64,000 bases of DNA from NCBI GenBank assembly GCA_964016885.1, contig OZ024753.1, forward strand, positions 27,838,001 to 27,902,000. The letters run 5' to 3'. Made by a program: the position numbers and the translations under genes. This stretch comes from Eledone cirrhosa (taxonomy: Eukaryota). The notes beneath the pieces are model-generated. The model saw only the letters and a program-made list of their open reading frames with translations, searched no databases and was not told the DNA's origin. Shown here in pieces: positions 39,575 through 52,486 of this stretch. Numbering within the stretch: the stretch's first letter is position 1; each line of letters starts with the position of its first letter.

Positions 39575-40250
39575 GAAGACCAAGCTGATTCATGGTGGCA
39601 ATGGACCAGTCCCCCCCCCCCTGCTTCATTTTGGCCTCGGCGTTGTGGAGTTTGTCAGCTCCTTCATTTACCTGGGCTCAAGTCACCTGGCCAGCAGGGT
39701 CAGGTACTCCTTATGGAAGCCCCTTTGGTACCACAGCTCTATCATTCAAAAAACGAAGCTCCATATCTACAATGCTTCAAGCCTCTCAATTCTTCTGTAT
39801 GAAGCAGAAACTAAGCCCCTCACAAATACCTTGACAAAGAGGAGGGATGGCTTCGATAGCAGAGCCCTGAGGACCATTGAGAACATCAGATGACACCACC
39901 ACATTTCCAACGAAGTGTTGCGTGCATGCACGCATTATCCTGCAGCTTCCCGCCTAATAGCCATCCATCACATGCGCTGGTATGAACATGTCTTCTACCT
40001 GCCATCAGATCATCCTACCTGGGCCTTACTCTTGTTTGATAGAGCAGCTGCAGGCTGGAAGAGGCCCTGTGGCAGGCCCTGCACCAGATGGCTGGATGTC
40101 ATCAAGGAAGATCACTAGTAGCTCAATGTCACCTTGGAGAAAGCAGAGGGACTGCCAGTGATGGAGGGTACTGGTGGACCTGGTCTGCTCTACACACGAT
40201 GATGCCTCTGGGATCACTGACATAGGATGACCCCAGTCTTATTGAGCAAA
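39575..40250 (+). pseudogene. Degenerate RTE-like LINE 3' fragment (second subfamily)
   Basis: VEFVSSFIYLGS; TKLHIYNASSLSILLYEAET; MRWYEHV; WKRPCGRPCTRWLD. Confidence 0.75.
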
Positions 40251-40255
40251 AAGAA

Positions 40256-40309
<54 letters not shown>

Positions 40310-40381
40310 AAGTTATGTTTGTATAAATACAGAGTGTATAAATATATACACATATATACACATACATACATATACATATAT

Positions 40382-40449
<68 letters not shown>

Positions 40450-40563
40450 AAGTTATGTTTGTATAAATACAGAGTGTATAAATATATACACATATCTAAT
40501 ATGTAGCCATGTAAACATGCCAGAAATTACGAATTTCCCTGTAAATTGAAAAAATGATAAACA

Positions 40564-40606
40564 TCTTTAATCAACTTTTGGATATTATTGAACCCTCATC
40601 AGAAAA
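40564..40606 (-). ncRNA. Degenerate hammerhead motif (GAAA mutated to AAAA)
   Basis: tttt-CTGATGA-gggt...atcc-AAAA-gttgat-TA-aaga. Confidence 0.4.
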
Positions 40607-40739
40607 TGTGTATATCATCCAATCAACAACAGGAAACATGTATTAGATGAGTATATGAACCCATTCACTGTTAGTATTATTCTGAAATAGACACATTAAT
40701 TTGCTGATAATTAGCGCTTGTGTTGGTAATTAATTAAGA

Positions 40740-40985
40740 TCTTCTTTTTCTTTGCCCACTTATTCCTGGGAGGTCATGGAGGCAAAGTACTCAAACACTC
40801 CTTCCAGTGGCTCCAGTCAGAAGCAACCATCTCCAAGCATGACCAGCCAAGCTGATGGATGTTATCCAACCATCTTGCTCGGTGTCTACTTTCGGGTCTC
40901 CTACCAGTTGGTTTTGCCTGTAAAATTTGTCTAACGATTCTTTCATGAGACATTCTAACCACATGCTCATAGTATCAGAGCTGAG
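40740..40985 (-). pseudogene. RTE-like 3' end relic
   Basis: HVVRMSHERIVRQILQAKPTGRRPESRHRARWLD. Confidence 0.65.
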
Positions 40986-41225
40986 AATTATTTTCACCCT
41001 GAATCTACTCATGCGTGCTTTCTTCGAACAAGGAGAATGTTTTGTGTTCCACTCGTCACTTTGCTGTTTTGTCTCAGGGTCGTACTCAAACACCCATGAT
41101 TCATTTCCTACTATTACAGGCGATGAAATTTGGCTCAATTTTGAGTCTTTCTAGCAAATCCTGACAAATTTCCAATCAGTTCGCTATTTGCTCCACAGAC
41201 AAATGTTTTGCACAAATTTTTCGCA
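40986..41225 (-). pseudogene. Mariner transposase fragment
   Basis: IVGNESWVFEYDPETKQQSDEW...SPCSKKARMSR matches the mariner ITGDE.W.Y.YDPETK.QS..W motif. Confidence 0.85.
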
Positions 41226-41264
41226 TGTGCAAATGGTTTGTTAAAATTCTATGAACTGCATTTT

Positions 41265-41304
41265 TATATATGTATATGTATATATGTGTATGTATATGTA
41301 CATG

Positions 41305-41337
<33 letters not shown>

Positions 41338-41771
41338 GCATATATATGTATATGTATGTAAATATATCTATATGTATATATATATATGTACATGTATATA
41401 TATATACATATATATATATATATGTATATATATGCATATATATGTATATGTATTAAATATATGTATATATATATATGTATATGTGTATATGTTTAAAGAT
41501 GTAAATATATATATATATGTGTGTGTATATGTATATATATGTATATATATATATGTATATACATATGTATATACATATATGTATATACATATGTGTATAT
41601 ATATATATATATGTATATATATGTATATATATATATGTATATATATATGTATATACATATGTATATACATATATGTATATACATATGTGTATATATATAT
41701 ATATATGTATATATATGTATATATATATGTATATACATATATGTATATACATATATGTATACACATATGTG

Positions 41772-41819
<48 letters not shown>

Positions 41820-41850
41820 TGTTTATGTATATGTGTGTTTAAATGCATGT
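41265..41850. repeat. (TA)/(TATG)n microsatellite field
   Basis: Direct reading. Confidence 0.95.
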
Positions 41851-42321
41851 ATATACACATAACAGACATACGGAGCAAATGACTGGTCTAAAAATGGAAT
41901 GACAGTAGCTAGTATATAGAATTGGCACCTGCAATGTTTACCATTTTGGCTAGCACTATTTTCAAGACATCAGTGTTGGAGTTATATTCATTGTCTTTCT
42001 CTTTGCTACTTAGAACATTCTATTTTTCCCCTTGCACATAAATGCCAGACTTATCATTTCACTGTCTCTCCTGTTCTATAGATCACATACATACATACAC
42101 ACACACACACATGTATGTGTATTTGTGTATATATATATAGATATATATACATAGATAGGTACATATATATGGAGAGAGGTAGGTGGATACACACACACAC
42201 ACATATATATATATATCTGTTATTTTAATAAATATTTGCTCTACGGTTCTTATATATTTGATATATATTTATCCTTATCGAGCCCTCTTTGGATGTTAAT
42301 CTTCAAATTTATTATTATTAC

Positions 42322-42363
<42 letters not shown>

Positions 42364-42453
42364 TCTCGGTTTAATCGGAGGTAACCACAGTGCAGTTAGT
42401 AAGGTAATCAATTGTTTTGTCCTGTAGAAGCCATTTCTATATTAAACATAATT

Positions 42454-42485
<32 letters not shown>

Positions 42486-42634
42486 AACATATGGCAGTGC
42501 CCCAGCATGGCCTGAGCCTCTCAGTTGGAACACATAATAGAGTAATATATATAGATACATATATAGATAAATACATACATATATACATAGATAGATAAAT
42601 ACATACATATATAGATACACAGGTGGATATATAT

Positions 42635-42984
42635 ATATACAATATATTAACAAATGGAAACTATATTTATAAAACCATATTTATTTCATTATACATATTT
42701 CAATGGCCACCAAGGCAAACTATGGTGCGCTTTCATCAGATAAAATATAATATAGGTTAGTTTTATAAATAAATATTGACATACCCTGGAAAAATGCAAC
42801 CATTCTGGTTGGAATCTCCTGGATAGTGGAGTTATTAGATTTATTGTTGGTTTATTATATATTATATATTATATTTTATCTGATGAAAGAGCACCATAGT
42901 TTGCCTTGGTGGCCCTTGAAATATGTATAATGAAATAAATATGGTTTTATAAATATAGTTTCCATTTGTTAATATATTGTATAT
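42635..42984. repeat. Inverted repeat (120-bp arms, ~110-bp spacer) with a hammerhead motif in each arm; tail to ~43070
   Basis: Plus 42874-42930: CTGATGA-aagagcacca...tggtggccctt-GAAA-tatg-TA; minus copy 42689-42745. Confidence 0.85.
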
Positions 42985-43689
42985 TTACTCCAATAATTTG
43001 TTGAGTGCTTTATATCAGTTATAAAAATATTTTGCTTGTTGTATCCCAACAAATTAAATATAACCTCTACATATATATATATATATATATGTATGTATAG
43101 ATAGATACAAAAATATATAGAAAGACACACACATACATGTGTGTGTGTCGTGTTTATTTATTTACACTCTGGAATAGCTCACTAAACACTGCTGAGTAGT
43201 TGGGTATTTATTTATATACATTACATTACCAATACATACCTTATATTTCTCGTGTAATTTATACACTAATGTATGCTTACTTGTGAATTGTTTTACCTTA
43301 GTATAAACACATCATCATAAACACACACATACTCCTCATTATATATCACTTTCATGCACACAATTTGACATTTTCTTCTCATTTACACACACACACATAT
43401 ATGATGATGATGAGTATATATATATATGATGATGATATATATATATATCATCATCATCATCATTTAACGTCCATCTTCCACGCTAGCATGGGTTGGACGG
43501 ATTTGTCCCACTTGAGGTGAGATTGGTCGGGAGACCGTGTCTCGCTCGTACAGAACTATCTCTGGCAGGTTTTTTTTGGCTGGATGCCTTTCCGAACACC
43601 AACCACATTGACAGTGTGAACTGGGAGCCTTTTTACCATGTCACCTACATGACCAATATATATATATATATAAAAATCAGGATGGATTT

Positions 43690-44025
43690 AATTTGAAAAT
43701 GGTTAGACCATTACTGAACAGAGTACTTGATAGTTGAGGAACTAGCTTTTGAAACAGCAAAAGCTCAGCCATCGAGTCCCGACACTTTATAATATATCCA
43801 TAATTGTTACCAAGACTACCTAACAGTTTGTCTTGTTTACTCTCATCATTTTCGTTTTTTTTTTTTACTTGAAGCTGCCTTTTATTTTCTGTATCTATCC
43901 TTTGTGATCTATTTTTGTACTTCTGAAGAAGGGCTAAAGCCCAACACAAATTTTCTTTCCCCTTTTCAATATAAAGTGTGAAACTAATAAGACTCTTTGT
44001 ACCTCTGTTTGTCATTTCTTTGAAT
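43690..44025 (+). mobile_element. pLTR-like relic with eroded hammerhead
   Basis: 43923: CTGAAGA-a-gggc-taaa-gccc-aaca (GAAA lost). Confidence 0.35.
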
Positions 44026-44058
44026 TACACACACATGTATGCACACTTTTTAACATAG

Positions 44059-44099
<41 letters not shown>

Positions 44100-44249
44100 G
44101 CCTTGATCTATCACTCAATCTACCACAACCAGTTGGTTTTTGGATGCCTTTAATAGAGGCCACTCTGTGGTATGTATTCAGGCCATGTTCTGAAGATAAC
44201 TTCCACCATCCTACACACAAGTCTTGGAGACCCTGAAACAGGTCATAAT

Positions 44250-44500
44250 CACTGTGTGGTTAAAGTACTTTGCTTCAGAACCATTTGGTTGTGGGTTCTT
44301 CCCACTGCATGGCATATTGGGCAAATGTCTAACCCACTGCATGGCACCTTGGGCAAATGTCTGACCCACTGCATGGCACCTTGGCAAAATGCCTGACCCA
44401 CTGCATGACACCTGGGGCATATGTTTGTGCCACTGCATGGCACCTGGGTCAAATGTCTGACCCACTGCATGGTACCTGGGGCAAATGCCTCAAACCAACC
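44250..44500 (+). repeat. SINE whose CORE-like segment is amplified as 6 x 32-bp tandem units (44301-44492)
   Basis: Unit cccactgcatggcaccttgggcaaatgtctga after a tRNA-like head. Confidence 0.85.
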
Positions 44501-44804
44501 AATAGCATGTGAGGGAATTTCATAGACTGAATGAGGTCCACTATATACATACATGTATATATGAATACACACTCAAACACACACAAACAAACACACACAC
44601 ATTTGTATGTGTGCGTTGGTCTTCTTTGTGCTTTCAATTTGCACTTGATACTGCTTGCATCAATCAGACCTGTATCATAGCAATTCATGTGTGAATATAA
44701 GTATCTTACTTAAAAAGAAAAGAAGTAGGTGTTTGTATTAGGTAGGACATCTGGCTATAGAACACTGCCTCAATGAAGTCTTATACAGCCCATGCCAGAC
44801 AGAA

Positions 44805-45150
44805 AAGACGATGATGATAATGATCATGATGGTGATTGTGACAATAAGGAAGATGATGGCAGTTGTGATGATGATGATGATCATGATGATGGCAGTGATA
44901 GTGGCGGTGACGATAAGGATGATGGTGGTTGTGATGATGATGATGGTGGTGGTAGTGGTGGTGACGATAAGGGTGATGATGGTGGTTGTGATGATGGTGG
45001 TGGTGGTAGTGGTAGTTGTGGTTGTAATGATGATGATGATGGTGGTTGTGATGATGATGGTGGTGGTGGTAGTGATAGTGGTGGTTGTGATGATGATGAT
45101 GGTGGTGGTAGTGATAGTGGTGGTTGTGATGATGATGATGGTGATAGTCG
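44805..45150. repeat. (GAT/GGT)n low-complexity tract with higher-order periodicity
   Basis: Direct reading. Confidence 0.9.
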
Positions 45151-45599
45151 TCATTGTGTGATGCAAGTCAATTTGTTTCAATAGAGAATTATACTTGAGT
45201 GTGTGTATTACAGTTAGCAGTTTTTCTGTATACCAAAAATCTCCTTCACTCTGATGCCAAACACATCAGTAGAAGGAACAGCAGCAGTAGTAGTAGTAGC
45301 AACAGCAGCAGTAGTAGCAGCAGCAGCTGTAATAGTAGTAGTATTCTATGAATCGATCTCCAATGTAAACACTGAGCTGTTGCACATGTGAGTCGTTTAG
45401 AGAGGCGGGGGGAGGAAGACAGGAGTTTTATATAAAGTAATGGTTGTTGCTGTTGTTCTTACTACAGCTGCTGTTGCTACTACTGCTACTCTTGCTACTG
45501 CTGCTTGTTTCTTATCATTCTCAGACACCTGAAGCTGTCACTCTAAATACTGGCAGCAGTCTACCTTCTAACCATGCACAATAAGCCTCTCTGTTTTAT

Positions 45600-45952
45600 T
45601 CATCTTTTTGATACCAAACCTCTTGGAACTGCCCCTGTTCCTGTAATACAAAATTGTCTGTTTTAAAGTGTTTATAGTTAAATTAAAACCTTCCTTCAGG
45701 TTCTTATGTAATAACCTTTGTTAAGTCATATACCAAACCTCTTGGAACTGCCCCTGTTTCTGTAATACAAAATTGTCTGTTTTAAAGTGTTTATAGTTAA
45801 ATTAAAACCTTCCTTCAGATTCTTATGTAATAACCTTTAAGTTATATTCCAAACATCAGATTAATAGAAGGGTATTTTTTATTTTAAATATGAAAGGAAA
45901 TACACAGGTTGTGCATGTTATTAGAAACTGGTATGGTCACAAAAAGGTTAAA
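45600..45952. mobile_element. Second piggyBac-like MITE family with internal ~119-bp tandem duplication
   Basis: ctttttgataccaa... / ...aaaaaggttaa; 45611-45725 repeated at 45730-45843; related end at 6558. Confidence 0.45.
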
Positions 45953-46379
45953 GTTATCTAAATCTAGTCCAGACTTAATCTGTTGTCCAGTTTAACACCA
46001 CTGCCTGGTCATCAGGGGTTCTTTCACTCTGCTGGAAACATTCGGGCTAGTTTAGGGGTTTGAGAATTATTTTCTCCCTTCCACCCTCACACCAGTCTTG
46101 AAAGTCCTGAAAAGGATCATAAGCACTGCCTTTCTCTCCCTGACTAAACAGTAAATAGTAAAAAAAAAAATGCACATTTGACCTACAAGCATTTAGTTTC
46201 CACAGATTTTCACTGAACTATATAAGCCTACATAGTGCTATTATCTACTCCAGTTCATTTGGTGCTTGTCATCAATTTTGAGGGTTGGCTACTTACATCT
46301 TTTCTTCTTGATATCAAACCATCCCTGATTCTATGTTAGGAAACAGCTTTTTTTACAATGTTAATATTTAAAATTCATG

Positions 46380-46720
46380 AAGATGTATGGCTTAAAGGAT
46401 AGAGCATTGTTGCTTACAATCATGAGGTTATGAGTTTGATTCTCGGAATAGGCTTTGCGTTGTGTTCTTAAGCAAGATACTTTACTTCATGTTGCTCCAG
46501 TTCGTTCAGTTGTAGAAATGAGTTACAGCATCATTGGTGCCAAGCTGTATCGGCCATTGGCTTTCCCTTGGACAACATCAGGGGCATGGAGAGGGGAGAC
46601 TGGTATGCATGGGCAACTGCCGGTCTTCCACAAACAAACTTGCCCGGATTTGTGCCTTGGAGGGGAACTTTCTAGGTGCAAATCCCATGGTCATTTGTGA
46701 CCAAAGGGGGTCTTTACTCT
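46380..46720 (+). mobile_element. CORE-type tRNA-derived SINE
   Basis: tggcttaaaggatagagc, gagtttgattctc, gttcttaagcaagatactt. Confidence 0.65.
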
Positions 46721-47809
46721 ATTTAAAATTTTTAATTTCCATCATAATTTTATGTCAGAAAACTTTCTGTATATCAAAGACCAGCTTAAAAATGAAATAG
46801 TTATATTCCAATCATAAATTTTAAATTCTTAATCATTTAAAAAATTACATTAAAATCATAACCAATGTTTTTCATTAGAAATATGGCAATGAAAGGATTA
46901 ACACTGTACATTTATTAACACCCCACACCCACAACAAACTTCTTCCACTCACCTAATATTTATAAACAATTAATTAGGTTTTAATTGCATAGCCTCAATG
47001 ACTGAAAGTCAAAGGCAATTAAGCAGAGTGTGTAAATATCTCAAATCCCATAGAATATAATAGCAATTCATTGTATTATTAGTAGCTTTGCCTTTCATCA
47101 TTATGGGGTCGATAAATAAACTACCAGTCATGCACTGAGGTCAATTTAATCGACTTTCCCTCTTCCCTTCAAATTGCTGGCCTTGTGCCTATATCAGAAA
47201 CCCTTATTAGTAATGTTGTGGTTATAGGAATAAATTAACAAGTTCACGTCATAATCATAAGATTCTGGATTCAATCTTACTGTGTCACATCTTGGGCAAG
47301 TTTCTTTATTATTGCCTCGGGTATGGTTGGATTTAAACCTTGGATGCGGGGTCACTTCAGATTTGTGGGAGCAGCTCATACACATAAAATTAGAATACAC
47401 AGCAAACCCCCCAATTTAACATATCAAAGTTAGCTTGGCGTAAGTAATTGGAATTGAAAAGTTATACATACAGGTATGTATAACTTCCATTTTTCCACAC
47501 TAGCACAGGTTAGACGAGTTGTCCTATGTTGAGATAGACCAGGTCAGGTGACCATGTCTTGCTCGTACAGAACTGATTTTGGCTTTGTTTCTATAACTTG
47601 ATGCCCTTCGTAATGCCAACCACATTTACAGTGAGTACTGGGTGCTTTTTGTCATGACGCCTGCATGAACACTTTACAGTGTGGGCTGGGTGCTTTTTGT
47701 CATGACACCTACACTACTACTTTACAGGTTGGGATTGATGCTTTTTGTGGCACCTACACTACTACTTTATCCCATTCACATCCCCTCTCTACAATCACTC
47801 CATCGTAGC

Positions 47810-48570
47810 TATTTACTATATTACTATATACATAATGTTGAACAATGAAATAAATAAGAAAAGGTTTAGTATTTAATTAATCCATTGTTTTACAATTGTT
47901 TCAGAGTGCAAAGAAAACAAAGATTTTATCAATGCATTGACTAATCGATAACAATTATGTAAGTCATTACTATTGCTCTTATAGGCGGCAAATTGGCAGA
48001 GTCATTAGAACATCAAATAGAACGCTTTGCAGTATTCATTCCGGCTCCCAGCTCTCTCAGTTCAAATCCAGCCCAAGTCAACTTTACATTTCATCCATTC
48101 AAGGTTGATTAAAAAAGTACCAGTCAAGTATTGGAGCCAATTCTTCTTCTGTGTCTTTTTCTCACTTCCATTATTTCACTCTCTCTATCTGCTGTATTCA
48201 GACCTGGAGAAGAAATGGGCTCTGCCAGGTTTAAAAATGCCCTAGAAATGCTGCTTGTCACTATGGCACACTTATGACTCCCCCAGGAGTTACAGGACCA
48301 TACATATTTACTATTACCCATGACAAAATATATCCACTCTGTCATCCATCCTTAGAAACAATCTGAGAATGAGCGACAAAATGAATGTACTTTGTCGATT
48401 GTCGAGGCTAATGGTATGGAGTTACATAAATGCTATTGATTAATCAATAGATCAATAAATTTTTTTTGTTGTGGGGTGGTGGTGCCTATGAAACGATTGT
48501 AAAAGAATGGATTAATTAACTACTAAACCTTATTTTATTTGTTTCATTGTTCAATATTATATAGCTGACT
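47810..48570. repeat. Old inverted repeat (~150-bp arms) with a SINE inside
   Basis: 47810-47965 is the approximate reverse complement of 48415-48570; related to 37210-37325. Confidence 0.6.
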
Positions 48571-48708
48571 GGTTTTTGGATACTTTTGGACACTTTTCAC
48601 AAATTTTGTTTTGCTTCCATGGAATATTCTTCACATCAACACTACATCAAGTTCTAATAGGGTTATATATCCTACCTTAATTGAGTAAAATATGAATGAA
48701 TGTATGTC

Positions 48709-48750
<42 letters not shown>

Positions 48751-50304
48751 ACAATGACACTGGATCGAGACATTTGGCGCCATGCAGTTGTACAGAAGAC
48801 CCGACTACCATTGCATACAAACCTACAGTCAGAAGGCACCTCTTAACTCAATGTACATCCCACCACCACACCCTACCCCATCCTCCTCTCCTGTTCCGTC
48901 CACTGTGTCGATGACACAACAGTCCACACTGTAATGGGAAAAGGCTCCCAGTCCACACTGGAGCTGTAAAAAAAACCTTCCAGAGACGCTTCCATGCGAG
49001 CGAGACATGGGCTCTCGACCATTCCCGCATCAAATGGAACAAAATCGTCTAATCCATGCTAGCATGGAAGATGGACATTAAACGATGATGATGATAATGA
49101 AATATATGTAGGTGTCTCAAAAAAAAGCACCCACTACACATGGTAAATGTGGTTGGAGTTGAGAAGGGCATCCAGCCATAGAAATCTAGCCAGATACAGT
49201 CCTATATGGGCAAGACACGATCATCTGACCCAAGATGCCTCTAATGGGACAATCCGTCTAACCTATGCTAACCCATGGACATTAAACGATGATGATGATG
49301 GTCGTGTATATATCATCGTCATCATCATTATATAACCTAATGTACACACTCACACACACACACACACATATATATATATAAAAGACTGAATACATACGTA
49401 TATACATCCACACACACACTCATACATATACATAAAAATATTTATCTATACTTTCACACATATACAAACATGTTAATAGACAAACATATATTTTAGATGT
49501 TATGACAGTATATACATTGCCAATAGGAATAAATTTGCAAGTTGGCAATCTGCTCATTTGCCAAGCTGCCAATTTAAGAGGTGTAAACTAACCAATCTAG
49601 TTATATTACTATATTTTAGCTGAAACCTGGGGGCCTTACAAGTCATTTAGATGTCCTAAACAATTATGGGGACCCCTTTTTATATGTAGCTGCAGCATTG
49701 CTCCATGGTCAATTGTAAATCTTCCATTTGAAGAAATCTCTGTGGTGCACCCCACCTTTAAATACTTGTTTATTTGGTATAATGGTTATTCCAGGTCTAC
49801 ATGCTGGAACTGGCTGCCTGTCAATTCTTTTTTCTTTTTTTGCAGAGGCACAGTTACCAACTTAGAGTGCCAGAGAGAAAGAGGGAAAATACCTGAAAGC
49901 CTAGTGGAGAGGCCATGACTTAATACAGTGACTTAGATAGATTCATTAGCAATAATTTTACAGAGTGGAACTACCCTATTACTACTGATATTATTACCAT
50001 GATATATACATATATATGTACATTTATATCATCATCATCGTTTAATGTCCATTTTTCATGCTAACATAGGTTAGATGAGTTGTCCCGTTGCAAGACAAGT
50101 CAGATCAGGGGATCGTGTCTTGCTCATACAGAATTATTTCTGGCTTGGCTTCTGTGGCTATTCATGAACTGAACACCCTAATCATTAAGCCATGCACCTC
50201 CACAAAATGACTATCCTATATATTGAAAAAGACTGTACTACACATTGAAATATACTTCTACATATCAAAGTCTACATACACAACTTTCTCTGTACGGTAT
50301 ACTG

Positions 50305-50490
50305 CAGTGGTTTACAAAGTGGGTTCTGCAGAACCCGAGGGTTCTACAAAGGAGTGTCTAGGATTCCACGAAAAAGTAGAGAAGTATATTTATATTATGA
50401 CCATATAACAGTATTAGATTTTGGGGTTCCCCAAAGGTTTCTGAACCAAAAAGGGTTCTGCATTTGAAAAGGTTTGGGAAAACCCGGCCT
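50305..50490. mobile_element. hAT/Charlie-like MITE relic
   Basis: cagtggtttacaaagtggg ... aaaggtttgggaaaaccc termini. Confidence 0.5.
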
Positions 50491-51187
50491 ACCAATTAAC
50501 ATGTAAGAGCTTAATGGGTTTAAAGAGCTACCTCTTAGAAGAAGGATTCTTTTAATAGTCAATGGCTGCTTTTTTTATATGAGCGCACATCCATCATATA
50601 TATATATGTATGTGTTTATGATGATGATGATAGTGCATGCATGGCTGTGTGGTTAAATAGTTCACCTCATGACCATGTGTTTATGTGTTTTGTCCCACTG
50701 TGGGGCTCCTTTGGCAAGTGTCTTCTACTATAGCCTCTGGTTGACCAAATGGAATTTGGTAGATGAAAAATTAGACTCAATATTTATATTTTCCTAAGCA
50801 AAAGTTCTCATATTGAGCTCACATCTAAACCTACTCAGTAGATTATCAAGGCCAAACATATATGCTGATCATTTTCATTGTTTTATCTTTCAGTGTTATT
50901 CCCTATTATCTTGACTTTGTTCCACAAGGGTTGGTAACATTAGAGTGTATACAACAAATTTAAACATTTAGCATTTACATTACTCTATATATACTATTAT
51001 ATTTTCACGGTAAAAGCTTTACCTCACATAATTATCTCACATAATATTGAATCTATGAGATTTTGAAATAATTTATTTTGAGAAGAATATTTTAAAATCA
51101 GTATGAGTGGCCGGTTACAGTTGGTTTGATCAGAAAGAGGTGAGTGAATTCTGACTGGATATGGCTGGTTTAAATGCTAAAGGGTTA

Positions 51188-51299
51188 ATATAGAAATGGC
51201 TTCTACATGACTAGAACTGTTTCATTCGAAGGAAATCATCAGTCCTGGTGATTTCCTTCGAATGAAACAGCTCTAGTCCTGTAGAAGCCATTTCTATAT
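51188..51299. repeat. 112-bp palindrome with hammerhead-like core (family of 33696)
   Basis: Minus strand: agga-CTGATGA-tttccttcgaat-GAAA-cagttc-TA-gtc; abuts a piggyBac MITE end. Confidence 0.85.
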
Positions 51300-52264
51300 C
51301 AAATTTATTATATATATATATATATATGACAGTATCTCGCCATTTATCACACACTCAAGATATATCAAAACACATTTCATAACACTATTTGTGTTTATGC
51401 TTATGTCAAAAATGCAATTATGTAATATATGGATAACTGAGCAGTATTCACAGTAATGACAGCAGTAGTAGTAGTAGTAGTATGGTAGTGGAGATAGTAT
51501 TAATAATAGTACCAGATGTAGTAATGTGATGGTGGTGGTAATGTTAGTAGTAATAGTAGTACCAGATGTGTTAAGGTGGTGGTAACAGTGTTAAGAGTAC
51601 CAGCTGCTGTGGTTGCAGCAGCAGATATGGTGGTGGTGTAGGTGGTGGCCGTCGTTGTTGTCGGGTTGCTGGTGATGGTATCTGTAATAAAGCATCTTGG
51701 ATCGAAAATAACATTAATTTTCACATCTATCATGCACACACACATGAAGACACAAACACAGACACACACACACACACACACATACACACATGCACACACT
51801 AGCATACATACATGCAAAATACACATACACATATATGCTCACACACATACTACATCCTACAACATGCAGTCACACAGCCAATGAGAGAGAGCTTCAACAT
51901 AATCGCTCAACCTGCTAAAGATAGCAGCCAAAATCTTTCTTCCAAACACTCCCCACTATTTTAGGATACATTAGATAAAGATAGGGACTGTCAAAGGTAG
52001 AATGTCTTTGATCATATATTTGCATTGATCAGAGTGGGGCTGGGGCTAAATAACAACAATAACAATAACAACAGTCTCCTGCTTACATAGCCCCCATGCT
52101 ACACATATATACATACTTCCTCACACCTACACAAACACCCTTACACAAACACACCTACAAAACTCACCTACACAAACTCACCTACACATCACATATACAC
52201 ATGTAAAGGATTACAGCCATTACTCGCAATGGAGCATGACTTGGTAGTATATACCATACTTTCA

Positions 52265-52486
52265 TTAACCCTTTAGCATTTACATTACTCTATTTCTACT
52301 ATTATATTTTTGTGGTAAAGCTGTCCTAAATATCTCATATAATATCGAATCTATGAAATTTTGATATTATTTATTTTGAGAGCAATACTTTAACAGCATT
52401 ATGAGTGGCGAGTTACAGCCGGCTTGAACAGAAAGTGGTGAGAGAATTCTGGCTGGATACCACCAGTTTAAATGTTAAAGGGTTAA
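52265..52486 (+). mobile_element. piggyBac-type MITE
   Basis: ttaa|ccctttagcattt ... aaatgttaaaggg|ttaa. Confidence 0.8.

Noticed and set aside
44738-45184. Asp/Gly-rich or Thr/Ile-rich protein
   Set aside because: GAT/GGT trinucleotide low-complexity tract, open in several frames, with no splice or homology support.
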